Below are positions 28,311 to 38,735 of a stretch of DNA of 53,002 bases, one piece after another. Positions within the stretch are counted from its first letter, which is position 1; every line of letters starts with the position of its first letter. The notes beneath the pieces are model-generated. The model had not been told where the DNA came from. It made no database searches and saw only the letters and a program-made list of their open reading frames with translations. Source of the DNA: Bacteroidales bacterium (GTDB lineage Bacteria; Bacteroidota; Bacteroidia; Bacteroidales; CAIWKO01). The stretch spans positions 1-53,002 of the forward strand of contig DAOORA010000025.1 in assembly GCA_035389045.1 (NCBI GenBank). Reading direction: 5' to 3'. The translations under genes and the position numbers were made by a program.

Positions 28311-29402
28311 TTAGCGAAACACCGCAATTTTAAAAATTTTACGGTCGTTTTTGTTCAGGCACAGTGCAAAATAAAATCCATCTGATAATTCAGGTAACCT
28401 TATTTCCGAAGATGAAAGTGAAGCGGTAAACACTTTTTGTCCGGTGGAGCTATAAAGACTCATTTCGCCTTCGGGGTAATGGCCGCTGAGTTGGATGTAA
28501 TTATCGTAGGGTGATTTGGTTAATACAAGGTCCTGAAAGGTGTTTTCAGCAATTCCTGTGGCCAGGGGAATAAATACGTTCATGCAGATGGAGTCAGCAC
28601 AAATAATTCCTATGGTAGTGATCGAAGTGTAGGTAAGGCACACGGTATAGGTACCAGGCCCGGAAAAAGTGTGTGAAGGATTTTGCAATGTTGAAGTGTT
28701 GTTTGGCCCTGAGGGCGGATCGCCAAAATTCCAAGACCAGGCAGGCGTGCTTCCTGGTGAATATGAGGAAATATCTGTAAAGTTGACCGTATTTCCGCTG
28801 ATGGTATACAAAAAATTTGCTTTGTCATTACCGCATCCTCCAATGCAAGGGTGGGTGTTCAGACAGATGTTGTCAATCCTTATATCTGATCCGTACAGTC
28901 CGACGGTTTCGTTTACTATGACAAGTTCGGTAAAATTTCCAGTGGATTGAAATGTCAGCGGACAGCGGTAATATGGCGGGATGCCTGTTGTGGAAGAAAT
29001 AATATCCAGTATTTGTGCCTGACCTGGGAGATAAGTGCCTGTTAATAGCTGATTTACCGTTACTCCCGGCATGATGGCTGCAATGGTAAGCTTGCTGTTG
29101 AAATTTCCGCCCGGAAATTCCACACAGTAGCAAAGTTGATAGCAGGTGTCACGCAAAAAGTTTACGTTCTGTGCAATACCTACGTTACTGTTGTTAGTTG
29201 CCTGCAAGGTTACAAACTGGTTCAGACAGCCATTGGCTGCATTCAATACAGTGGCCGTGGGTATGGTGCCATATTGTGTCCAGGCGGTGAGTCCCGCGCT
29301 GAAATCATCATTGGTCACAAGATTCCCCGGACAGGGAATCTGGGCTGAAGTCACTGATGATATCATGATCATCAGTACCATGGTAAACATATATTTTTTC
29401 AT
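28311..29402 (-). CDS. secreted PKD-domain protein with T9SS-like C-terminal sorting domain
   Basis: Signal peptide; NLVTNDDF; FTDIS..WSWNFGD..STLQNPSHTFSGPGTYTVCL (PKD); C-terminal YSSTGQKV..LSDGFYF..K; promoter TATCTTTG at 29430-29437 supports ATG 29402. Confidence 0.82.
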   Translation of the reverse strand: MKKYMFTMVLMIMISSVTSAQIPCPGNLVTNDDFSAGLTAWTQYGTIPTATVLNAANGCLNQFVTLQATNNSNVGIAQNVNFLRDTCYQLCYCVEFPGGNFNSKLTIAAIMPGVTVNQLLTGTYLPGQAQILDIISSTTGIPPYYRCPLTFQSTGNFTELVIVNETVGLYGSDIRIDNICLNTHPCIGGCGNDKANFLYTISGNTVNFTDISSYSPGSTPAWSWNFGDPPSGPNNTSTLQNPSHTFSGPGTYTVCLTYTSITTIGIICADSICMNVFIPLATGIAENTFQDLVLTKSPYDNYIQLSGHYPEGEMSLYSSTGQKVFTASLSSSEIRLPELSDGFYFALCLNKNDRKIFKIAVFR

Positions 29403-29493
29403 AATAATAAGTATTAAGGTAAATAAGTACAAAGATACCAAAATAAAAACAAAAAGTCAAGCTTTTTATGAATTATTATGAAAAATGAGGTGA

Positions 29494-30060
29494 TTATTCT
29501 TGAACAGCCTTAAATCTCGGGCAGGATACCAGATGGTCGTTAATCATGCCTGCAGCCTGCATAAATGCATAACAAATTGTAGACCCAACAAACGAAAACC
29601 CACGTTGTTTGAGCGCAGTGCTCATCGCATCCGATTCAGGGCTTTTTACGGGGATGTCAGCCAATGTTTTACATTTATTTACTTTCATTTTACCCTTGGT
29701 GAACCTCCAGATAAAAGCATCAAAACTTCCGAATTCTTTCTGAATTTCGATGAAGCATCGTGCATTGTTAACCGTAGCCGTAATTTTTGCCCTGTTACGA
29801 ATGATGCCGGGATTTTGAAGCAATTCATTAATTTTTTTATCGCTGTATTTTGCAATTTTTGCAGCCTCAAAGTTGTCAAAAGCCTCCCTGAAAGATTCAC
29901 GTTTATGCAGTATGGTCTTCCAGCTCAGCCCGGCCTGGAAAGCATCAAGCACTATAAATTCGAACAGTTTGCGGTCGTCATGCACAGGAACTCCCCATTC
30001 GGTATCGTGGTAGTGTAACATCAGGGCGTCATCGGCGGGCCAGGGACAGCGGTTTTCCAT
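29494..30060 (-). CDS. tag: DNA-3-methyladenine glycosylase I
   Basis: RCPW..YHDTEWGVP, FQAGLSW.TIL.KR, IIRNRAKI, GFSFVGSTICYAFMQAAGMINDH..C. Confidence 0.96.
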   Translation of the reverse strand: MENRCPWPADDALMLHYHDTEWGVPVHDDRKLFEFIVLDAFQAGLSWKTILHKRESFREAFDNFEAAKIAKYSDKKINELLQNPGIIRNRAKITATVNNARCFIEIQKEFGSFDAFIWRFTKGKMKVNKCKTLADIPVKSPESDAMSTALKQRGFSFVGSTICYAFMQAAGMINDHLVSCPRFKAVQE

Positions 30061-30168
30061 ATTTTTTTAGGTTTTTGGACAAATCATAATGATGGTAGAC
30101 GACGTTATCGGTAATATGAAGAAAGTTTATTCTTCGGGTGCAGGCTGTTTAAAGCTCACATGTATCAT

Positions 30169-31383
30169 TTAATCTTCAATGTTAAGGATATGCCCCATTT
30201 TATCCTGTTTGGTTTTCAGGTATTTTTTGTTGTACTTGTTGGGTTTGATGACGATAGGAATATTTTCAATGATCTCTATCCCATATCCCGTCAGCCCGCT
30301 TTTTTTCCGGGGATTATTGGTGATCAGTCTTATTTTGCTTGCACCGAGGTCACGAAGTATCTGGGCGCCAATTCCGTAATCACGTTCATCGGGTTTGAAA
30401 CCAAGTTTTACGTTGGCTTCAAAAGTGTCATAGCCCAGTTCCTGCAGGTGATATGTTTTCAGTTTGTTTGCCAGTCCGATACCACGTCCTTCCTGGTTCA
30501 TATAAACAATAATACCCTTACCTTCTTTTTCTATCATTTGCATGGCCATATGCAATTGTGTACCGCAGTCGCAGCGGCATGAGCCAAAAACGTCACCGGT
30601 CATGCACGATGAATGAACACGCACCAGCAGCGTTTCGCCTTTTTCCCAGTTACCTTTGGTAAGTGCCATATGATGCGTGCCCGTGGTGATTTCGCGGTAT
30701 AAGGATAGTTTAAAGATCCCCCATTCTGTCGGCAGATCTACAGTTTCTTCTTTTTCAATAAGGCTTTCATTTTTTATACGGTATGCGATGAGGTCTTTGA
30801 TAGAAACCATTTTGAGCTTGAAACGGTCCCTGATTTCATAAAGGTTGGCCAGCCGCGCCATCGTTCCGTCCTCATTCATTATCTCTACCAGTGCTCCTGC
30901 GGGATTCAGCCCGGCAAGTCTCGTAAAATCCAGAGTGGCTTCGGTATGTCCTGCCCGTCTTAATACGCCTCCGTTCTTTGCACGTAAAGGAAAAATATGG
31001 CCTGGCCGGCCCAGTTCCTCAGGTTTTGTTTCAGGGCTGGAGAGGGCTTTGATAGTTTTGGCCCTGTCGCTGGCCGATATTCCTGTGGTACAGCCATAAC
31101 CCAGCAGATCGACCGAAACGGTAAACTGTGTTTCGTGTGCAGAGGTGTTTTTGGACACCATCATTTCAAGTTGCAGTTTATCGCATACCTCGGCGGACAC
31201 CGGTGCGCAGATCAGCCCACGCCCGTGCTTTGCCATAAAATTTACTTTCTCCGCTGAGATGGTTTCGCCAGCCGTGATAAAATCGCCTTCATTTTCGCGG
31301 TCTTCGTCATCAACCACGATGATAATTTTACCCTGACGTATATCCTCAATAGCTTCTTCTATCGTGTTTAATTTGTATTCCAT
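30169..31383 (-). CDS. ribBA: bifunctional 3,4-dihydroxy-2-butanone-4-phosphate synthase / GTP cyclohydrolase II
   Basis: [68 protein letters not shown]. Confidence 0.96.
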   Translation of the reverse strand: MEYKLNTIEEAIEDIRQGKIIIVVDDEDRENEGDFITAGETISAEKVNFMAKHGRGLICAPVSAEVCDKLQLEMMVSKNTSAHETQFTVSVDLLGYGCTTGISASDRAKTIKALSSPETKPEELGRPGHIFPLRAKNGGVLRRAGHTEATLDFTRLAGLNPAGALVEIMNEDGTMARLANLYEIRDRFKLKMVSIKDLIAYRIKNESLIEKEETVDLPTEWGIFKLSLYREITTGTHHMALTKGNWEKGETLLVRVHSSCMTGDVFGSCRCDCGTQLHMAMQMIEKEGKGIIVYMNQEGRGIGLANKLKTYHLQELGYDTFEANVKLGFKPDERDYGIGAQILRDLGASKIRLITNNPRKKSGLTGYGIEIIENIPIVIKPNKYNKKYLKTKQDKMGHILNIED

Positions 31384-31402
31384 TTGTTCAGTTTAACCTT
31401 TG

Positions 31403-31410
31403 CAAAGGTA
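31403..31410 (-). promoter_or_regulatory. -7 element TACCTTTG for ribBA
   Basis: TAnnTTTG 19 nt upstream of the ATG. Confidence 0.6.
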
Positions 31411-31469
31411 ATAACATTAACAGAAACAGCGACATTAAACATCTTAAAAGATAAACTCAAAACCATTTC

Positions 31470-32303
31470 TTAATGTATCCAGTATCCTTTCTGCCATAAG
31501 GCTGAAAAGTCCATCGACAGCGCTACGGCATAATGTATGGCCACCCCCGTCCATATCGAGCGGCTCTTAAGGCTCAGGGTGCCTAAAATTATTCCTGCAA
31601 CGATGGCAGCCATCGTCTCGGCAAAAGGTTTTCCAAAATGTATCATACAATAGGGGATAACCATGATAAAAATGCTGTAATAGCCGGACTGTTTTTTTAA
31701 TCCATGTACCATGAACCCACGGAAAAAGAATTCCAGTGCAATGAATTGGATAAAATAGAAAGCCTGCCAGGTGAAAAAGTTCGGCCAAAGTGTCTCGGAA
31801 TCATGCAGATGATAGAAAGGGTAACGCATCTGAAAGCTTTCGGTGGTCGAGAATATCAGTACAAGGGGCAGCATGATGACCAGAAACAGTGCAAACAGCT
31901 TATATTCTTTGAATGCTCTTCCACCGAATAACCCGTAATCACGCAACTGCTCTCTGAACACAAATTTTATGGTCAGCGCCGGGATAAAAAAGTAAAATAC
32001 CAGTATGATAAAAACCCAATAGCCTAATGAGAATAGCTGCTGATTGGTTTTGTGTTCAATAAAAAACCTCAACTGTCCGGCGCTTTCTGTGAATCCTGTA
32101 AAACTGATGAAGTTCAACAAATGCTTGTAACCGTCATTTTTGCCAAGATATTCTACACAGGCCAGGGAAATACAGGCGATCACCGCGATGATCAGGAATT
32201 TTGTATTAAAAGTACCGTTGTTGTTAGAACGGATATAAATCTCATGTTCCTTCTGGATGGTATGAAATGTTTCTGTAAAAGTCTGCCTGGCAAGATGTTT
32301 CAT
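31470..32303 (-). CDS. CPBP (Abi/CAAX) family intramembrane glutamic endopeptidase
   Basis: Multi-TM; LEFFFRG, PYCMIHFGKP..E, SIWTGVAIH motifs. Confidence 0.85.
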   Translation of the reverse strand: MKHLARQTFTETFHTIQKEHEIYIRSNNNGTFNTKFLIIAVIACISLACVEYLGKNDGYKHLLNFISFTGFTESAGQLRFFIEHKTNQQLFSLGYWVFIILVFYFFIPALTIKFVFREQLRDYGLFGGRAFKEYKLFALFLVIMLPLVLIFSTTESFQMRYPFYHLHDSETLWPNFFTWQAFYFIQFIALEFFFRGFMVHGLKKQSGYYSIFIMVIPYCMIHFGKPFAETMAAIVAGIILGTLSLKSRSIWTGVAIHYAVALSMDFSALWQKGYWIH

Positions 32304-32489
32304 ATTATAACGAAAAGATGAACTCCGGAAATGGTTTTTGCATGAGGGGCGTCATATTCTGATTATATTCCGGGAAGCATGATATGATGAATCGAAAATG
32401 AATCACATAATTTGAATGAAAGATTCACGAAAGAATAGTATTGGTCAGATAGCTTATGAAAACGGTCGCTCCTGAGAAAAATATCCGAA

Positions 32490-33110
32490 TTACCTGGGTT
32501 CTAAGGTAAATTCGGTTCTTGTCACATATTGAACAAAATTGATGGTTTCGGCTTTTTCGAGTTTCAGGACGATTTTTGCTTTGGTCAATGTTGATATTTC
32601 ATAGATGTCCAGTGTGTTATCCCCCTGGTAAATAGTGGTGTAAACATCGCCGGCATTGGTATTGAAAGTGAGTTTCCCTGCCTGCAGGGCCAGCAGGTCA
32701 CCAATCCGGTAACCGGTTTTGCGGTTGGCATCGGTAAAAAACCAAAGTCCTTCTGTTTCCTGGGTTTCAGTGATGCCGGTAACATCATTCTTAAATGTTT
32801 CACTGTAATTATAAGTGCCGTCGGGATGGAAGTCGGTGGTTATCATTCCGGTGTACGTCTTTGTTTCGACATAGGTAAAAACAGAATCGACAGAATAAGC
32901 AGTATCCTTAACAGTATAGGTATAGATCTTAGCAGCGCCGTCAAAAGTAGTTTCATGTTTCTTGTTCAGATATTCAAAAGTACTGTTAAGTGAAACAATT
33001 TTCCAGTCTCCGCATAATTTGGCAGAGTCTATTTTTCTGCAGGAGAAAAAGAATGCAGAAATAATGATGGTAAAGAGAATTCCTGTAGTAAACGATATGT
33101 TTTTTTTCAT
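32490..33110 (-). CDS. hypothetical lipoprotein (lipocalin-like beta-barrel), paralog of the neighbouring gene
   Basis: Lipobox FSC; LCGDWK; EGLWFFT...LLALQ. Confidence 0.72.
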   Translation of the reverse strand: MKKNISFTTGILFTIIISAFFFSCRKIDSAKLCGDWKIVSLNSTFEYLNKKHETTFDGAAKIYTYTVKDTAYSVDSVFTYVETKTYTGMITTDFHPDGTYNYSETFKNDVTGITETQETEGLWFFTDANRKTGYRIGDLLALQAGKLTFNTNAGDVYTTIYQGDNTLDIYEISTLTKAKIVLKLEKAETINFVQYVTRTEFTLEPR

Positions 33111-33139
33111 TTTGATAATTTTACGGTATGAAAAAATAT

Positions 33140-33769
33140 TTATTTAGCTCCCATTTTTAAGTTGATGATCGTAGTATACACATCAAGGATCGTATTGCCG
33201 CCCTGGATGTACTGCTTTTCAACTTTTGATTCCATTTTTACCTCATCTTTTGAGAGTTTGATGAGTTTATAAACGATTGTTTCAGGATTTCCCGATGCGG
33301 TATAGTTTTCAGTAGTAGTTACCCCGTTGATCTGTGTCGTTTTTACATGAGAATTCTTCTGCAAAGCAAGCAGTTCCCTGAATTTGGTTTCGCTTTCTTT
33401 GCCACCGCCGGTAAAATACCAGTATCCTTCTTCTTTATAGGTATATACCGAGGTGTCGTTCGAAATATGTTCATCCCATGTATAAGTGCCTTTTTTGTTA
33501 AAGGATATGGTCATCATGGCATTTGAAATGAAAGACTGCGTTCCGTAAACGTGAATATAGGAAGAACCGTCAAATTCATCAGAGGTGATCGTATCATTAT
33601 GCTGAACAGCATGTTTATAATAGGAAAAAGACCAGTTTTGGCATAAACGGATTTTTCTTGTATAAATCGAAAAATCAGGGTCTTCGTCACCGACTTTACA
33701 GGAATTCACCAATGGTATCACAAGAATTCCGGCAATTAGTAACAGCAAAAATCTTTTTGCATTTTTCAT
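33140..33769 (-). CDS. hypothetical lipoprotein (lipocalin-like beta-barrel)
   Basis: Lipobox NSC; GDEDPDFSIYTRKIRLCQNW; EGYWYFT...LLALQ; promoter TAAATTTG at 33798-33805. Confidence 0.72.
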   Translation of the reverse strand: MKNAKRFLLLLIAGILVIPLVNSCKVGDEDPDFSIYTRKIRLCQNWSFSYYKHAVQHNDTITSDEFDGSSYIHVYGTQSFISNAMMTISFNKKGTYTWDEHISNDTSVYTYKEEGYWYFTGGGKESETKFRELLALQKNSHVKTTQINGVTTTENYTASGNPETIVYKLIKLSKDEVKMESKVEKQYIQGGNTILDVYTTIINLKMGAK

Positions 33770-33866
33770 ATCTTGATAATTTGGAATAAAGTTACAACAA
33801 ATTTAAATCTTTTTTAAAAAATAAAATTAACTTTTTTACGGATAAAAAATGTAAAGGTTTTGTTTT

Positions 33867-35093
33867 TTATTTGCAGCAGGAGTTATATTTCTGGGTGGCT
33901 TTTTTATAACCCAGGTCAGATGATGATTTCAGGTCTTCGCACATTCCTTTTATATCATTTATTGCTTCTTTGCATAAAGACCGCTGGAAGTACCATTCGG
34001 GTTCGGGAACATACTTTATGGCATGGTTCCAATCCTGTATTGCCTGCTCAAATTTTTTCTGCTCTGAAAAGGTTTGTGCACGTCCGGCATAGGCGCTGTA
34101 GTTTCCCGGTTGGACAGAAATGGCTTTATTGTAATACAGTTGCGCATTCCTGATATTTTTTTGTTCGTTATAAATCGTCGCTATCCATACATAAGCGGTA
34201 TCATTCTTGGGATCGAGTTGCGATGCCTTTGAAAAATCTTTAAGGGCTTCGGTTAATCTGCCCGTTTTATAAAAACAAATACCTCGATTGAAAAATAATC
34301 CTGAATTTTTTACCTGGTAATTATTAAATAAAACGTTATAATCTTCAATTGCTTCACTCCAGTTATCTGATTTGAATGATGCTTCCGATTTGTGAAGATA
34401 GATTTCTTTAGTACGAAAATTCTGCTCTGTCGCTTTTTTAAAATCAGCGGCGGCAGCCTGATAATTCTTCGATTTTTCATATAACAATCCCCGCCGGTAA
34501 TAGGCTTCGGTGAAGCCGGGTTTTAGCCCGGCGACCTTATTCAGATCATCTATGGCTTCTTTATCTTTTTTCTGCATTTCAAAGATCATGCTGCGCTGAA
34601 AGTAAGTCTCAGGGTTTTCACCGTTGATGCCAAGCGCCATATTCAGATCATTGAGGGCCGGTTTAAGTTCGTTGTTTTTCACATAAAATTGTGCCCGGCA
34701 CAGGTATGCTTCTTCCTTGTCATTTTTCAGTTCGATGGCTTTGGCATAATCGCTGTATGCTTTTTTGTTGTCTCCTGCAAGCGAATACGTATTGGCACGT
34801 TTGATATAGGCCAGGTAGTAACCCGGATATACTTCCAGTGCTTTGGTATAGTCTTTTATGGCTTCGTTGAATTTTTTCTGCGCATGATAACAATCCCCCC
34901 TTCCGATATAAGCTTCATAGAAGATCGCATTTTTTTCGATGCATTTGGTAAATTCTGCTATGGCTCCGCTGAGATCATTCTGTTTAAATTTTGATAATCC
35001 GCTTTCATAAAGGGAATTAGCGGTTTGTGCATATACAAAAAATGTTTGCTGTGCAAATAAAAAAAGAATTATCGGAATGTTTCGTAAATTCAT
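33867..35093 (-). CDS. secreted tetratricopeptide repeat protein
   Basis: Signal peptide; ~11 TPR units (AY..RG......AI.DY.KA). Confidence 0.9.
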   Translation of the reverse strand: MNLRNIPIILFLFAQQTFFVYAQTANSLYESGLSKFKQNDLSGAIAEFTKCIEKNAIFYEAYIGRGDCYHAQKKFNEAIKDYTKALEVYPGYYLAYIKRANTYSLAGDNKKAYSDYAKAIELKNDKEEAYLCRAQFYVKNNELKPALNDLNMALGINGENPETYFQRSMIFEMQKKDKEAIDDLNKVAGLKPGFTEAYYRRGLLYEKSKNYQAAAADFKKATEQNFRTKEIYLHKSEASFKSDNWSEAIEDYNVLFNNYQVKNSGLFFNRGICFYKTGRLTEALKDFSKASQLDPKNDTAYVWIATIYNEQKNIRNAQLYYNKAISVQPGNYSAYAGRAQTFSEQKKFEQAIQDWNHAIKYVPEPEWYFQRSLCKEAINDIKGMCEDLKSSSDLGYKKATQKYNSCCK

Positions 35094-35238
35094 CTAACAC
35101 ATTTTATTTTAATCCGGGCTGGTACAATCTTTTGTTATATGAAAACAATTTCAAGGAGATAATACCCGGCAGGCGGCTTTTCTGACCGGAAAAAAGTATC
35201 TTTGAACTGTTTGTTCAACAAAATTAAAAAATATTTCT

Positions 35239-35649
35239 ATGGTTTATCAAACAGAGGTTTTATTGCCTCCATTCAAACGCGGCTGTCACCTGATCACCGG
35301 TATTATTCAGAAACAACTTCCCGCGCTGCCTGAATCCGGGATAGTAAATATCTTTATTCAACACACATCAGCCGGATTGACCATCAATGAAAACTTCGAC
35401 AGTAGTGTCCGTGAGGATATGACAAACACATTTGACCGGCTTATTCCGGACAATATACATTTATACAGTCATAATTCTGAAGGGGAGGATGATATGCCTG
35501 CCCATGTAAAATCTACATTTACAGGCACATCATTAAATATACCCATTACCAAACACCATTTAGGCCTTGGCGTCTGGCAGGGTATATATTTATGCGAATT
35601 CAGAAATCAAATGCAGAGGAGAAAAATCGTACTAACAATATTAAACTAA
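35239..35649 (+). CDS. yjbQ: YjbQ (UPF0047) secondary thiamine-phosphate synthase family protein
   Basis: HTSAGLTINEN, EGEDDMPAHVKS, LGVWQGIYLCEFR; promoter TATCTTTG at 35197-35204. Confidence 0.92.
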   Translation: MVYQTEVLLPPFKRGCHLITGIIQKQLPALPESGIVNIFIQHTSAGLTINENFDSSVREDMTNTFDRLIPDNIHLYSHNSEGEDDMPAHVKSTFTGTSLNIPITKHHLGLGVWQGIYLCEFRNQMQRRKIVLTILN

Positions 35650-35659
35650 GGGAAAACCT

Positions 35660-35959
35660 TTATTTAATACAATTTTCAACGCATTCGATAAGTTTGCTTA
35701 CTGCATCCGGTTTCAGCGAATAAAATGTCATCTTACCGCTTCTGCGTCTGTTCAGAATTCCGTGTGTTCTGAGCAGGTTCAGATGCAGAGAGGCCGCAGC
35801 CTGCTCAATGTTAAGCTTTTCGTATATCTGGGTAACATTCATTTCTTTGTTTGCTTCCAGAAGTTCGATGATGCCGATTCTCATCGGATGAGCGATGGAT
35901 CTCATTTTTCTTGCAGCCGTATCAAACTTGTTTACGTCGATTTTTTTACTGATTGCCAT
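35660..35959 (-). CDS. ArsR/SmtB family transcriptional regulator
   Basis: IAHPMRIGIIELL, EQAAASLHL..LR..GIL..RRSGK..FYSL; C-terminal CxxxC. Confidence 0.9.
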   Translation of the reverse strand: MAISKKIDVNKFDTAARKMRSIAHPMRIGIIELLEANKEMNVTQIYEKLNIEQAAASLHLNLLRTHGILNRRRSGKMTFYSLKPDAVSKLIECVENCIK

Positions 35960-36354
35960 TTTTTTTACTTTTTAAATTTATACTTATTTTAATTAATGAA
36001 AGGAACAAAGATTATTTAACTTACTTTTTATTATTTTAGTATTTGAAAGGTATGAATTTTTTTTATAAATATTTTGAATTTAGGAAATGAAATATAAGAA
36101 TAAATTCTACTCCACAACACATACTAAGCAAAGAACAAAATTTAATAATTTTTTTTCATTAAAATTTTAATACAAAAATATAAAAAATATTTGATATTAC
36201 AAGAAAAATAAAAAAAAATTTTTTATAAAAAATTTTGTCATTGAAAAATAACGATATAAACGAATTATTTTTTAGTATGTATGCGTATATTATCGTTAAT
36301 AAATTGGGGTATGCCGGAAAATTATAATAATTTTACATCTTTTATTCAAAATAA

Positions 36355-36906
36355 ATGGATGATTTGGTGCTGATTAACGATAGTATTGCAGGGGATGAAA
36401 AAGCATTCAGGGCTTTTGCTGAAAAATATGCTGGTTTAATTTTCCGGGTGATCCGAAGTTTTGGTATCAGCAGGGAGGATGCCGAAGACCTGAGCCAGGA
36501 TGTTTTTATTGATATTTATAAAAATATCAGAAAATTCAGGAAAGAGGCTGAAGTTTCAACATGGCTATACAGGATTGCCATAAACCGGTCTATTAATTAT
36601 GTGAACAAATCAAAACGTTCGAAATGGATGAAACGAAACCAGGGCGACCTGAAAGATTACGATAACAGGGTTTTTGATGAAAGCAGTGAAATGAAATTCA
36701 TGGATAATGAACAAAAAAGAATTTTGTATTATACCATTGATAAACTGCCTGAAAACCAAAAAATCGCCTTTACTCTGAATAAAATAGATGAATTATCCTA
36801 TAAAGAGATAGCCGATATTATGAATATTTCTGTATCATCAGTTGAATCGCTCATACACCGTGCAAAACAGAACCTTCAGAAAAGACTTCTGAATTTTTTT
36901 GAATAA
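36355..36906 (+). CDS. ECF RNA polymerase sigma-70 factor
   Basis: DAEDLSQDVF, STWLYRIAIN, LPENQK, LSYKEIADIM..VESLIHRAK. Confidence 0.94.
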   Translation: MDDLVLINDSIAGDEKAFRAFAEKYAGLIFRVIRSFGISREDAEDLSQDVFIDIYKNIRKFRKEAEVSTWLYRIAINRSINYVNKSKRSKWMKRNQGDLKDYDNRVFDESSEMKFMDNEQKRILYYTIDKLPENQKIAFTLNKIDELSYKEIADIMNISVSSVESLIHRAKQNLQKRLLNFFE

Positions 36907-36920
36907 TTTTTCATGCTCAC

Positions 36921-36949
36921 CGCAAGTTTTTTTAAAAATGTTTGTCAAA
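36921..36949 (+). promoter_or_regulatory. putative ECF-sigma-dependent promoter (CGCAAG-N16-TGTCAAA)
   Basis: Lies between the sigma stop and the anti-sigma start, with ECF-like -35/-10 spacing; inference only. Confidence 0.35.
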
Positions 36950-36967
36950 CAGTTAACATGATTTTTT

Positions 36968-37429
36968 ATGGATTGTGTCAGATTTAAAAATAGTATTCTT
37001 AATTATTATTACGGCGAATGTGACCCTGTTCTTACTAAAGAACTACAGGATCATCTTACCGGTTGCGAAAAATGCAGTATAATTTTTGCTCAGATTTCGG
37101 GTGTGCTGAGCTCTGCAGAAACTATAAAGAGTGAGGAGCCGGAACCTTTTTATTACACACGCCTTCAGGCGAAAATCGGAGATTATAAGACCGGACACAT
37201 TCGTTCCCATCTTTTTGCAAGGCTGGCTCAACCCTTAGCCGCTGCATGTCTGGCTGCCCTGGGAGTTTTCATCGGCATCCGGATTTCCGGCAACCTTGCG
37301 GATCAAACTTTGGTGGGTAATGATATTAATCAGACTGAGGTGGCAGAGGTTCAGCTGGCTAATGAATATTTCCCGAAAGCAGATAAGGATGACATTATTG
37401 AAACTTACTATTTAAATATTAATGAATAA
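36968..37429 (+). CDS. zinc-finger (zf-HC2) anti-sigma factor
   Basis: N-terminal C...HLTGCEKC (HxxxCxxC), FYYTRLQAKI, single TM helix; directly after the ECF sigma. Confidence 0.85.
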   Translation: MDCVRFKNSILNYYYGECDPVLTKELQDHLTGCEKCSIIFAQISGVLSSAETIKSEEPEPFYYTRLQAKIGDYKTGHIRSHLFARLAQPLAAACLAALGVFIGIRISGNLADQTLVGNDINQTEVAEVQLANEYFPKADKDDIIETYYLNINE

Positions 37430-37976
37430 AAATATGAGTTATTTTAATAGAAGCAGATTATTCTTGTGGATTTTGGGGGCTGTTTTAATAATTAATCTTG
37501 CAGTTACGGGTACTATAATCTATAAGATGTCTCATGAACCAAAAAGAGTTCATCATAAATTTACCACGGGAAGGCCTTGCGCGCAGGAATTTCTTGAGAG
37601 TGAACTCCACCTGACACCAGCTCAGGCCGGCGAATTCAGGCAACTTAAAAAATCGCATCACGACAGTATAACTGCGCTGCACCGGATTATGAAAGAGAAA
37701 CGTGCTATAATTTCGGACAATATGATCCGACCTGAGCCGGATACAGCATTGATTTATACCACGACAGAAGAACTGGGAGCGTTGTTTGCCCGTACACGCC
37801 GGTTATACATACAACATTATTTTGATCTGCGTAATGTGTGCAATCCTGCTCAGCAGGAAAAACTTTCCCGGATCTATTCCAGGATTTTCTGTGGAGAAGA
37901 AGGATGCATGAAACCTCCTGATAGCAATTGTAACAACCTCAAAAAAGCTCACCGGTGCGATCAGCAACATTTATAA
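37422..37976 (+). CDS. periplasmic heavy-metal sensor / Spy-CpxP-like protein
   Basis: N-terminal TM helix, ELHLTPAQ (LTxxQ) and CNPAQQ motifs, His/Cys-rich. Confidence 0.75.
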   Translation: MNKNMSYFNRSRLFLWILGAVLIINLAVTGTIIYKMSHEPKRVHHKFTTGRPCAQEFLESELHLTPAQAGEFRQLKKSHHDSITALHRIMKEKRAIISDNMIRPEPDTALIYTTTEELGALFARTRRLYIQHYFDLRNVCNPAQQEKLSRIYSRIFCGEEGCMKPPDSNCNNLKKAHRCDQQHL

Positions 37977-38036
37977 TAATTAATAATAATGTATTTTAAT
38001 TAAATAAAATAAACTAAAAACTAAAAACAATAAAAC

Positions 38037-38735
38037 ATGAAAACAATGAAATTAAGTTTTGTGATGGCTATTTTAACAGCCTTTTCACTTATGGGCGCAA
38101 ATACGGCAACTTATGCCCAGTGCAATAAACGCCAGCAGCAGCTTCAGGGCGATCAGCCGCAGCAACAGGTAAGTCCCTCAGATGATCAGACGGGTTTACC
38201 CAGGTGCTGTCCCGGATTTATTCAGGATCTTACACCGGAACAGGGAAAACAGATCGATGCCTTGCATCAGAAGTTTATGAAAGAAGAACTTCCTTTGAAC
38301 AATCTGATGAAAGAGAAAAAGGCCCATCTGATCACGGTTTCGGCAGGTGACAATGCTGATATAGCAACTATAAATAAAACAATTGACGAAATATACGGCA
38401 TAAAAGCAGAATTGGCCAAAAAGAAAGAAGCTCTGAAACAAGATGTGAGAAAACTGCTTAACGATGAGCAAAAACTTATGTTTGATATGCATCATTCCAA
38501 AGGAGCCGGCAAAGGATATGGTAAAATGCAGGGTATGGGTTGTGAAATGGGCATGAACGCAGGGCAGGGTTGCGGGATGCAGCAGGGCATGGGCGGACAA
38601 GGATGTCATATGGGTCAAAAGAAGTCAGGTTGTGGCATGCAGCAGGGTATGGACGGACAAGGATGTAATATGGGACAAAAACAGTCAGGTTGCGGCATGC
38701 AGCAGGGGCAGGGCAAAGGTTGCTGTAAAAAGTAA
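38037..38735 (+). CDS. Spy/CpxP/ZraP-like periplasmic protein with a Cys/Met/Gly/Gln-rich tail
   Basis: Signal peptide; LTPEQ and LLNDEQK motifs; C-terminal GC.M repeats ending GCCKK. Confidence 0.8.
   Translation: MKTMKLSFVMAILTAFSLMGANTATYAQCNKRQQQLQGDQPQQQVSPSDDQTGLPRCCPGFIQDLTPEQGKQIDALHQKFMKEELPLNNLMKEKKAHLITVSAGDNADIATINKTIDEIYGIKAELAKKKEALKQDVRKLLNDEQKLMFDMHHSKGAGKGYGKMQGMGCEMGMNAGQGCGMQQGMGGQGCHMGQKKSGCGMQQGMDGQGCNMGQKQSGCGMQQGQGKGCCKK
38568..38723 (+). repeat. 60-bp in-frame coding tandem repeat (2.6 copies)
   Basis: GGTTGYGGSATGCAGCAGGG starts at 38568, 38628 and 38688. Confidence 0.9.

Noticed and set aside
31384..31469. FMN riboswitch upstream of ribBA
   Set aside because: The promoter sits 19 nt from the ATG, leaving no room, and no RFN consensus is present
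35960..36354. Replication origin or ncRNA in the very AT-rich stretch
   Set aside because: No DnaA-box cluster or stable structure seen; adequately explained as a divergent promoter region
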